Positions 10,842-21,435 of a stretch of DNA of 40,406 bases are shown here, one piece after another. The number at the start of each line of letters is the position of its first letter. Within the stretch, counting starts at the first letter, position 1. Source of the DNA: Dicyema japonicum (Eukaryota; Animalia; Dicyemida); assembly GCA_011109175.1 (NCBI GenBank), contig RDEW01000012.1, forward strand, positions 660,184 to 700,589, given 5' to 3'. The translations under genes and the position numbers were made by a program. The notes below the pieces were generated by a model. The model was not told the origin of the DNA. It saw nothing but the letters and a program-made list of their open reading frames with translations, and searched no databases.

Positions 10842-12854
10842 TGTCACATGGGCCAAGAGTTACTTATGGGCAGCCTGTTGCATTAACCTTGAACCAAGAT
10901 TAACTTCAATTAATTTTATCAATAATTTATTAACCACAAAAAATTAAATTTAAGTAACTTTTTTTAGTCTACTCATTAATACAGTCGATATTTCTCCTTT
11001 CGAATTTTTTATCTATCAAATTAAACTATTTAAAACTACCTCAACGCGATTATTCGATAAAATTTTAATTATTTCTGCAACTGGATAATACTGAGACTCA
11101 AACTTATCGAGTCGCAATGAGGGATTTGTTCCAAGTCATTTTTAGCCCGAACCTATTTATTAATGTTTTTGATTCATACTTTATCTCCCATGTTAAAAGT
11201 ATATTTACTATTATGAACATTCATTTTCCTGTTCATAGCTTTGTAATAATTCGAATTTTCTTCAATCGATTTAATTTCGAAATTGAATCTCTTCGCATTC
11301 GGACACAAATTATCTGACTGGGAATTATCTAGATATAAATTTTTTAAATCAAACTACGTGAATTTTCAATAGATTCTGGAGTCGAACAATTAACCAAATC
11401 GTCAATTTGTTGTGGAATCGCACACTCATCACTTAAATTATCTAAGTATAATGTGATATAAGTATAACCATTAATTATTGAATTTATTCCCTTAATTCCT
11501 CGATATCTTTCGAAAGGACTTTCGTTAGAAAATGAATGGACCGATATGTTGTAACTGTAGACAGCACTTTCTAATTTATCAAGCCTCTTTTTTTCACTGT
11601 TATCCAGCATTTTTGACAACTTTCTCGTGATCGTCTGATTAAATCTTTCGACAATTTTTTGTGCTCGTGGATTGTTAAGCCTTCCGTGAATTTGCTTAAT
11701 GTTAAAATCTTCACAAAGTTTTGTTATTTCTTGATTTTTAAATTCAGAACCATTGTCCGACTGAAGAAATATACATGGCCCATTCAGGCGGAACAAAGAT
11801 CTTAAGTTTTCACATACTTCTTTACCAGACTTATTATAGAGTGGTCGTACAAAAGCGAATCTATAAATTAAAAAAAAGCCAAAATCTTAAGTTTTCACAT
11901 ACTTCTTTACCAGACTTATTATAGAGTGGTCGTACAAAAGCGAATCTATAAATTAAAAAAAAGCCAAACTACTATATATGTCAATGACCGTTAAAACCCA
12001 TTTGAAATTTTCATTTAATGTTGAAAATTTTTTCAGGTCTATTAGATCTACATGAAAACGTTCATTTGGAGAAGAAGCAAACACATAGTGATTTATATCT
12101 CTAATCTACAATTATAAAAAATCAAGAACTTTTAAAGGACGCGAAAATTTGCAGACTTCACAAATTCGAATGACTTTTCTGATAATCTCATTCTTTACAG
12201 TGAAGTATCTTTGTCGACATTCATACTCAATTTTATTGATTCCTCAGTGTGAAAACTTGTGCAACGATTTCGCAACATGCTCCATTTCGGTTTCATTATC
12301 CAGGGATATGACTAACTTGGGATCAGTTGATTTAAGATACAGTCTAAAATTATTAAAAATTTACGATACCTGTCATTGATAATAAAAAAATTCTCTATCT
12401 TCTTTACTAGCCTATATTTTCGGTGCCTCGGAAGATTTTCGGGAAGTTTCTCATGCAAAGCATCTTTTAAAGTTTGATATTCAACGCAATCTTTCACAAA
12501 ACCCTTGTAAGAAGCCATTGCAACAAAATAATCTTCCATGCTATAAATCACGCTAGAAATCTAGGTTTACCGCTATAAAAAAATAAAATCTTTATAATTA
12601 TAACATTTATAAATAAAAAACTAATTTAACAGGATTAAATCACGATATAAATCGGATATATAAAATTAAATGTCGGATAATCCAATGAGGGTACTCATCC
12701 TCACCTTTGTCGGTCTGTGATCACTTAGTTAGATGAGAACTTTTATTTCTTTCTTTTTGACCCAGTGATCCGACATTAATAATAATAATGTCGGATAATC
12801 AAGGTCGAAAAAATGTAACAGGCTGCCCATGCGTTACGCGCCGCCCATGTGACA
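10842..12854 (-). mobile_element. Ginger (Gypsy-integrase-related) DNA transposon, full length but inactivated
   Basis: About 45 bp TIRs tgtcacatgggc...atgggcagcctgtt at both ends; candidate 5-bp TSD tatta/aatta. Transposase from ATG 12539 has HHCC, ERFHVDLID, VIDIYS(R)F, LQSDNGSEF, HGRLNNPRAQKIVERFNQT and C-terminal FNMGDKV. Contains a premature TGA and an 85-bp duplication. Confidence 0.85.
11799..11968. repeat. 85-bp tandem duplication inside the Ginger transposase
   Basis: 11799-11883 is repeated at 11884-11968. Confidence 0.95.
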
Positions 12855-13255
12855 AATTATACGCTATGGGATTAACCACATCGATGAATTAGTAAGCTTA
12901 TCAATTTTCCAATTTGACAACTATAAACCACTACTATAAACTGAGTTTGTCGCTACCCTGTGCACAATATCGAAATCTGTCGTTTTATATAGTCCTAATG
13001 ATTTACGTTTGGTAATCTAGCATAATTCATAACTATGAAATACAAAGTCCACAAAAAATAGATGTTGATTGTTAAATAGCTAATTTCAATCTTAGAAGTC
13101 GAAAACTGAATAAAATCTGTTGGACTTTGTGGGAGTGACGTTGCAAGCTGGACTAATAACTTGATAAATCTGCGACCTCTTCGACTGGGACACGAACCAG
13201 CTGGAATTGTATAAGAAGTCAGGTCAAATGTTACAAATTTAGTGACGTTTAAGAA

Positions 13256-13984
13256 AGGTTAAGTTCGTGGTTTGAAACTCATTTCGCTTCGATTACCGCA
13301 TTTATAATAATTTCCCATCAAGGGAAGATTAGTTCTGGTAAATAATTTTTTAAGAATATATTTAATGAAAACAAAAAATAAGAGAAACATATTTATTTAT
13401 TCACCAATTTTGGTGAACGCTACTTCCAGAGGATTGATATTTTTTTTGGATACAATTTTGATATGTCGGGTGCAGCTATTCGTGTAGTTCCAAATTTTAT
13501 TAAAGCGGATAAATTTTCATAAGTGAGTCTCGTTCTTTGAGCAGTTTTTGTCAATTTTATAAATTAAAAATTTTAACATTTTATTATATCAGACCGCCAG
13601 TAATACTTAACATCGACAATGTCCAATGATTATGGATCGATTGTGTGGAATACATTGTATATGTGGAAGACCTAGAGCCCATTGGATTCAGGGTCAAGTT
13701 GAAAGATTCTAATTTATTAACTCAAAGTGTTGGATATCTGCAAAAACTTGAATATATTTACGAGAAAAAATATTTCTTTTCGTAGTGACTAATCTATGAT
13801 TCCATGACCAACCTCACGAGAAAGCTCGGTGTGGATACTGAAATGATTTAATTTGGACGATCCCTCTACCCTGTGGTACCAGTGTTAACTAAATTATACC
13901 ATCCAACAGTAACTTTAATTATGTCGGTTTTTTACGAAATAGGCATAAAAACAAATGTGCTGATGAACCACACTCATTTAGAGT
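13256..13984 (+). repeat. About 730 bp dispersed direct repeat (second copy 27501-28230), identity unknown
   Basis: Colinear match from aggttaagttcgtgg to cactcatttagagt. Confidence 0.92.
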
Positions 13985-14095
13985 CCTAGTTAACAATCAG
14001 GGTACGCAAAAGCGGTTGATATTGGATATTATTAAAATGAACAATACAAAATCCCGATTATTTTTGGTTAGAATTCCGTTCTGTCAACTCCCGTT

Positions 14096-14185
14096 GAAGG
14101 TTCCACATATCTAGATGCTTATGGGATTGACAAGTGACACTTCATCAGTGATTCATCACTGCGGAACCGGATTATCTCAGGAACT
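14096..14185 (+). mobile_element. SINE core fragment, same family as 9446 and 19717
   Basis: gaaggttccac..atctagatgc..tgacaagtgacacttcatcagtga..cactgcggaaccgga matches the SINE body. Confidence 0.65.
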
Positions 14186-14657
14186 AACATGCAAGCAAAA
14201 AAGTTAGGAACACGATGTCCCGGATTAATTAGCTGATTTTTCTTTACCTCTTAAATAAAGCGTGAGTTCTGGCTATGGTGAGGTTTAAGTCATGGAAACA
14301 TGAGTACTCCTAGGGGAAGCACTGAAATGCATAACTTTATCAAATTCTCATATCGTGTGCTCTTAACCATCATATTACTTATGCATATATGGTCTCATTT
14401 TTATTTTCAAATCGATAAATAAAATAAGTTTAATTAAGCACATTAGTCGATAACTTTATAGATATTTAAAATAGTCTGAATTTTTAATTGATTATTACTA
14501 AATCAACTCGGTCATGACTTCTGAGAGCGTCAGATGCTCTTGAGAAAAAAACGAAAACTTTCTATTTATCGTTCCACTTATCTTATCTGAACCGCTTATT
14601 AGTTCTGTATTTTTTTCCTTAAGCATTTTCCGCCTTATCTGCAAACATAGTCTAGTG

Positions 14658-17041
14658 CAGCGGTTCTCAACCTGGGGTCGATTCGACGCCCAGCTGTCTA
14701 GTATCAATCCAGATCGATTGTAAGGAAATCGAAAATGAAATACTTTGGGGTCGAAAATATATTTAATATTTCTCATTTTAAACTAACTTAGTTTATTTTT
14801 AAACTGGCAAACCTTTGTTCTTTAAAATTTTTAAAATTACCATGCTTGTTTTTGTTCGTGTATGAGTCGTCCTTCTACAATAAAAATTCGTCAATATAAA
14901 AATGAATATTTAAATTTATAAAAAAATTCTTTTGATACTAAACCATATTGCATACTGTGTAATAAGTCATTATCAAATGATGCAATGAAACCGTCTAAAT
15001 TGTTGGATCAATTTATAAAAAAATTCTTTTGATACTAAACCATATTGCTTACTGTGTAATAAGTCATTATCAAATGATGCAATGAAACCGTCTAAATTGT
15101 TGGATCATCTTAGGAGAATACACTCGGATAAAAAAGATAAACCATTAGAGTATTTTGAAAAATTAAAGGATTCTTTTTGTAAACAAAAAACGATTGACAC
15201 TGTTTTTACAAATAGTAATGAAAGAATCAATAGTTGTTGTCATTTTAAATTATATTTAGGAATACTAATTGCATCCTATAAAATTACAATGATTATTGCC
15301 AAAAATGAGAGTTCCCATGTTTCTGGTGAAAATCTCATCAAACATCTATATCAGTGATTCTATCAGATCTGATGGGTTTAAATCTCGACGAAATTTTAAA
15401 ATCCGTACCAATTAGCAATGATTCAATTCGCCCAGGATTGACGAAATGTCTGATAATGTTGAACATATTTTATGTGAAAGGCTTAAAAATAATATTTTTT
15501 TCGCTTTAAATTGACGAAAGTCATATATGTGACAACTAATCAATTCTAATGGGAAATGTCAGGTTAATCTTATTAGAAGCTTTCCCTTTAAGATATTTTG
15601 ACGATCATGCTCTTCCTAAAGAAGCTTTATTATTCGTCAAATATTTGGAAACTGATACGACTGGATTTTCTATTTTTTCCGTAGTCAATTTATTTTTGGA
15701 TGACAAGAAGATTTCATATGTAAATTTGGTTTCTTTTGCCACAGATAGTTGCAATGTCTATGGTTGGAAAATATAAAGGATTTGCGGCATATTTGAAAAA
15801 AATATGTCCAAATGTGATTCATATACATTGCGTTCTACATATACAAAATTTGGTTTCAAAAGCTCTTTCACCAATTCTACATGAAACGTTAAATATAGTT
15901 ATTAAAACCATAAACAAAATTAAAGCAAGTATGATCGTCTTATTAGAAAATGTTGCTATGAGGCTAAAGAAACATATGTCCGTCTTGCGCTTCACACTGA
16001 GGTTATAGTTTCCAATTTTATTTTATAGGTACGATGATTATTAAAGCGGGTTGCATTTGAACGATTTTCAATGTTATTTGATACAATCGTAAATTTTCTT
16101 ATTTCTGAGGGTGATAAAAATTTAGCAGATTTAATTGTATCGAAAAAAAAAGAAATTGTTTATTTTACTTGGATTTTTGGAAAATTTAATGAAGTTTCAT
16201 TATAACTTCAGGGAAAGTATGTGACACGTAAATAGATTGTAAAAGAATTATTCAAATATTCATCGAAAAAATTAAGTTATATAAATATAACTTGAAAAAA
16301 AAGAAATTATTATAACATTCCCGAATTCCACTCAATTGGTCAAACATTTGATGATGAAGATATTAACAACTTTTTGCAACATTTATTACGTGTAGAAAAA
16401 GATTTGATTCTTTGATTCCAAGATATTCTTGAATTTGAAATTTCATTTTAAATGTTTAATCCGTTTTTGTCAAAGCGAGAAGAACAAAAAGAAAATATTA
16501 AAGACGAATTAATTATGCTAAAATTCAATCCAGAATTAAAACTATATTATAATGATACACAATCACCTGTTATTTTTTGGCAAAATATGAAAGTGAAAGA
16601 GAGTTATCCAAAATAGTGGACAGAATTGCTACTCTATTTTCCGACATCATTTTGTGTTGAATGAGGATTTAGCATTTTACATCGAATTGTAAATAAAGAA
16701 CGAAACAGATTGCTGTGTCCATTTGAGGAGATATTCGTTTAAAAATAACACAAATAGAGCCAGATATCGAATCTTTGATAATAAAACATCAGTCACAGGG
16801 ATCCCATTGGTATTTAATTCTTTTTTTATTATAAATTTATGCTAAGATACCAACTTAACATCGAGTATATACTTTTTTTGTTTGATTTGATTATTAACAA
16901 TGAATTCAGTTTAGATAGTTAACTAATTCTACTTAGAATTGTCTGTTCTAAATAAAAAAGTTTTAAATGTCAATTAAATATTAGGGGGGTCGAAAAAATT
17001 AGTCAAGGGGTCGACGAGTAAAAAAAGGTTGAAAACCCCTG
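14658..17041 (+). mobile_element. hAT (Buster/Charlie-type) DNA transposon copy 1, pseudogenised
   Basis: TIRs CAGCGGTTCTCAACCT / AGGTTGAAAACCCCTG with subterminal GGGGTCGA repeats. ATG 14862 gives MSRPSTIKIRQYKNEYL, BED finger CLLCNKSLSNDAMKPSKLLDHL, HIHCVLH and HTE|VR. Candidate introns at 15233-15259, 15563-15592 and 16002-16028. 97-bp tandem duplication at 14913-15107. Confidence 0.93.
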
Positions 17042-17415
17042 GTATACAGAATCAACTCTGTACACCAGAAAACCTATAAGTATGTTTTGCTCACGTAAGG
17101 GATCAACAGTCGACTAACTTGTCATGGAAGCTAAGACCGGTTGTCTTGGTTTTGGATTTCTTCGCGTTTGTGAGGAAATGGAAACCCGCTTCGCATGATA
17201 ATTTCCATTGCAAGAGAAAACGGATTGATGGGAAATTCCTCTCCCCGATCGGATTTCTCTGCAAGATCGAGAAAAGGCTCTTCCGGAAAGTAGAGGGGAC
17301 AATGAAAAATCACAGTCGTCGAATGGCACAATTGATTGCGGGACTGGGATTACATAACTGTTTGACTCTGTTGTCTTTCTTTCTCGGTGTTCCGGGGGTT
17401 CTTAAAATAATTAAA
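17042..17415 (+). mobile_element. Jockey/I-like LINE 3' end (right flank of the hAT insertion)
   Basis: Homologous to 10350-10742 and 35498-35870. Confidence 0.85.
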
Positions 17416-17445
17416 TATATTTTTCATCATAAGTTCCATTAATAA

Positions 17446-18724
17446 TGAAATCGTTAAAACAAAACAAACAATAGTCATATCATCTAACTAATGTATCAAC
17501 TTCTGGTCTCTCCGACCAGGCCAGCACCCACCTGGATTCTTTTCTAAAATTCTTTTCTAAGCCGGACAATTTAAAGTAAGCATTCACATCTTTCATCATG
17601 CATGCCAGTGTCCCTTCCTCTTTTGCCAAAAGTTTCAAATCATCGATGAATAAGAAATGATTCGCAGAAAAAGTAAAAGAATTAGATTCAGCAGTATTGA
17701 TAGACATGCTCGGAATTTTGCAGACAACATTCTGCTTAGTGGATCCAAAACAAATACAAATAATTGAGGTGATAGAGAGTCACCTTGGAGTATTCCACGT
17801 TCAATATTATTCGTTCCCAATATCTTTTTCCCAAATCTTAATGACACACGCCAGGTTGGAATTATTGATATTACAAACTTGGTTATCCATTCTGGTAGTC
17901 CCGAGTTTTCCAGGATTTTAACAAGATACTCGTGAGTCACTGAATCAAACGCTTTTCTAACATCAATCCATGCACAGAATAGTTTGTTTTCATGGGCTTT
18001 GTTAACACCCAATTCCTTTGCTCCTTGACAGTGTCGTTTTGTCCCAAGCTGATACTCAGTAATTAAATCATAAGTTTCAGCATATTGTGCAATTTTTTTG
18101 TTTACACATTTTGTAACCAGCTTGTATAAGCACGGCATACATGTAATCGGTCTAAGATCCTTAGGGTCAACAGAGTTCTTCTTCTTTGGGATTAGTTATG
18201 TAATCCCCGTATAAAACCATCTTTTCGGTTGACTTTTTCCACTAATGATATCTCTGATCTCTTTAAATAAATATTGATAAAGAGAATCCAACTTCTTGAT
18301 AAAGAAGTTATATACGCAATCAACTCCGGGGGCCTTCCAATTTGGGAGGTAGTCAATTAAATTTGGTATAAAATTATCGTTTATATCAGATTCTTGCTGT
18401 TCAACTCCCGTTATTCTCTTGTTCATTCCAAAACTCAAATCATTTTTATCCCTTTTTTCCCAAACCTCTGTCTAAAATTTAAAGCATTCGGATGTGTCAA
18501 AGCCATCAATGCACTCAATGTCAGAATCTGACTTTAGTTTTGTATAGAATGACCTTCTGTTCAACTCAAATGTAATTGACTTGGGCATTAAAATAGTCAT
18601 GAACAGGCAAATCCACACTTTCTCGAACTCCATTTATTAAATATTCTGTGGACGCGTCAATGGGAATGACTTTTTCAGACTGGGAAAAACCAACCATCAT
18701 TACACCACTAGACAATAATCTCTA
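17446..18724 (-). mobile_element. R4/Dong-like non-LTR retrotransposon, internally deleted, with 12-bp imperfect TSD
   Basis: RT motifs NWKAPGVD, LRPITCMPCLYKL, WIDVRKAFDSV, RGILQGDSLSPQLF and NHFLFIDDLKL. Flanked by ttccattaataa (17434-17445) and ttccatcaataa (18725-18736). Empty site at about 35890. Confidence 0.85.
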
Positions 18725-19064
18725 TTCCATCAATAACATTATGATCTTACAATAAACTAGATTATACTTAAAGAATATTTTGAATGTAAAATAAATATAA
18801 AAATTAAAGCCAGCATTAACAAATTATACAAACATTCATATATAAAACCAGCAGCATAAAAGGAATTCATAAACAAATCGTTAACACAATTATTAATATA
18901 TTTTTGTTGCTTTTGAGTTCTTAAATTGGATATACAAGTTAATCAATTAGAATCATGGTCGGACTACTATTACATTAAATGTCTAATTTATTTCTTATTA
19001 TGTCTCCCGGTGTAATAAATAAATGGATTTGTTTTTCTATCACATGACTCTATTGTTGGGAAAC

Positions 19065-19275
19065 CACCTGTGTAGATAGCCTCTATCCTTCCAACCTTGT
19101 TATGACAGCAACTAACGCAGGGTCTGCTTCGGAGAAGGCTGAGACCTTAAAGATGAAAACATACGCATGTCTCGATGGACAATTCATTTTTAATAGTATC
19201 CCGGGAAACGTCTGTCATCGTGGAATTTTAAAGAAAGCATATCATTGATTCTGCTAGACACTATCAGATCGCTCA
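19065..19275 (+). mobile_element. CRE REL-domain remnant (paralog at about 36225-36440)
   Basis: TCVDSLYPSNLVMTATNAGSASEKAETLKMKTYACLDGQFIF matches the WDxTCVD..A..AE..K..KY..L..F.F REL motif. Confidence 0.65.
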
Positions 19276-19716
19276 TTTCGAAGATGAAAAATGATAAAGT
19301 GTTAAAAAATAAATGATAAATTCAAAAAAATTAAACCGCAAAATCGATTATTACAATTAATATATAAGTTGTTCAATTTTGATATCATTGACCTAAGCGA
19401 TCTTAAATAGAGACATTTTAAGGCTTTATGACTGCACACGTCTCGGCGACAACTTATGAAATCTAGTCCGAGACTGTTGTATTTTGTTATTTAAAGTTGT
19501 CGAATACTAGCAATGCCTCTTAAGCATTCAATCGGGAATTTTATAATTTTGAATGCGAAAAGTGTATGCAGATTCCACATTGCAAATCAGATTTTCCAGA
19601 GAGATTAGAAAAACTGTGATCTTGTCTGTGAGCATCAATATTCAGGATATCTGAAAAAGAGTTGAATGTGCAGAATACCTTAACTACTTAAGTAAGAAAA
19701 CAAGAAAAAGCTACTT

Positions 19717-20047
19717 AATAATAATAATAAAGCCTTTTCACGAGAGCCATATTATTTTATAGCTCCGCATAGGCAGGACACACATTTTATTTAAGTAAAG
19801 AACAGTTAATTTTCACTAATCGTAGAACCAAGGAATGATCTTCACTTCTTTTTTTTCTTTTTCTTGTGTGAGTGTCCTTTCTAGACAATCCAGTTCCGCA
19901 GTGAGTATTCACTGATGACGGCGTCACTCGTCAAACCATTTCTGCATCGTAGATGCGTGGAACCTTCCACCAGGTGAACAGCAGCGAGATTCGAACCCGT
20001 AGCCTAAGCCACTTAAGCCCGACACCTAACCACTAAGCCACCCGGCT
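19717..20047 (-). mobile_element. tRNA-derived SINE (Leu-TAA-like head), 331 bp, (ATT)n tail, imperfect 12-bp TSD
   Basis: A-box TGGCTTAGTGG and B-box GGTTCGAATC. Flanks aaaaagctactt / aaaaaattactt. Empty site in the paralog near 36865. Confidence 0.88.
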
Positions 20048-20140
20048 AAAAAATTACTTGGAAGAAAATAATTAATGAAATTATTATGTAACGTGCTTGG
20101 GAGAATTTAAATAAAGAAAAAACAAGAAAATTAATAACAG

Positions 20141-21312
20141 TTAAAGAATAGGGACATATACCATTTGTCTTATCATATTTCGGCGCTTAATAACAAATGC
20201 GACGACTCCGATGATTGTAAATGTTATAACAGTGAGTGTAAGTCCTATAATTATATACATTTTTGAATGATTAGAAAGTGTATTTTTTCTAGGAAAATTT
20301 ATTTCATAACACTTCGACTCTAAATTCAGAAAAAAATCAAACCTTTTCCAATATAACTGAATTTAGAATCATCCTGAAAAATTTGTACCTTAAATTGTGA
20401 AAATTCAGCATATATGTTATCAGAAAATTTAGTGAGAGACAATTCGAATTTACAAGAATTTCCAACATCAATCAATTTGTTATTAGTAGGACTCCAAGAC
20501 CCATTATTGATTTTATTGATGATTAACTGAATTTTGGACATATAATATTTGTTTTGAGACAAAATAAATGTAAAATGTATTTCTAAATATCCCCTCTCAA
20601 GAGATAACTCAACACTATTTTTATCAAAATTAATTTTCGTTTTAAAATTCACGAAAAAAATTGAGAAATCTTTACTCTAATATTAAAGTATACAATTTAC
20701 AATTTCAACTTTGTTATTAAAAAAATTTGTGACTATTAAATGCCCACTTAATATAGCTTTCAGTCGATTTTTCGCAATAAAATACCAATATCGAACATTT
20801 GGATCGTTTGATGGATCACAGTCATGTGCTGAATAAAACTATCTCAAACCTTTTTCAATAAAATGTGAATATGAGAGATTATTGTAAAATTTTATTGCCA
20901 AAGAATATAATGTGAGAATATTACCATTCTCAAAAAATACGGATATATATCCGCATCTGTAATAATCTCCATGTTCAATATGCGGAAGATATGTTGTATT
21001 TGTATAAATTTCATTATCTTTATGTGTTAACTATTAAATACTAGAATTTAATTTTATTTTTATTGAGATGTTGTAAAATTCGTCTGAGAATTCAATAAAA
21101 AATTGGTAGATCAAGTTATTCTTTTTGATTGTAAATGACAATACATCCAAAAAAAAATTGGAAATACTTACAATTGAATTATCGCTTGTCTACCATTATT
21201 ATTTATAAAATACATTTGTAATTGTACTTTTCAATAAACTTTTAAAATCTATTGACGTTCCATAAATAAAGTCGAAATTCGTTATTGAGATCAAAAACAT
21301 TAACAACAACAT
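20141..21312 (-). CDS. LAMP-like type I membrane glycoprotein, 351 aa, six exons (intact copy)
   Basis: Introns at 21190-21213, 21018-21041, 20829-20849, 20677-20700 and 20320-20342, all GT-AG. Spliced length is 1056 nt with no internal stop. Signal-peptide-like start MLLLMFLISITNFDFIYG, several N-x-S/T sequons, GNSCK..FKVQIF..SKC resembling the LAMP domain end, a TM helix, and tail KRRNMIRQMVYVPIL. Confidence 0.8.
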
Positions 21313-21344
21313 AAATATGTAAAATGAACACGTCGATGTGTATA

Positions 21345-21434
21345 ATTACCATGCTTGTTTTTGTTCGTGTATGAGTCGTCCTTCTACAATAAAAATTCGT
21401 CAATATAAAAATGAATATTTAAATTTATAAAAAA
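21345..21434 (+). mobile_element. 90-bp fragment of the hAT copy 1 5' region at a contig junction
   Basis: Matches about 14836-14925, including that copy's specific deletion; followed by N at 21435. Confidence 0.8.
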
Positions 21435-21435
21435 N

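Noticed and set aside
12230-12240. TGA reassignment (H*G in the HHCC motif of both Ginger copies)
   Set aside because: The two copies share flanks, so they descend from one insertion. A single CGA-to-TGA change explains both, and other TGA stops behave as normal decay.
19975-20047. Functional tRNA gene
   Set aside because: The acceptor stem does not pair, and the sequence continues into a SINE body with tail and TSD.
20141-21312. Ciliate-type code (TAA/TAG = Gln) as the explanation for in-frame stops
   Set aside because: All stops fall within GT-AG blocks, the 22/23-nt block changes frame, and the gene ends at TAA.
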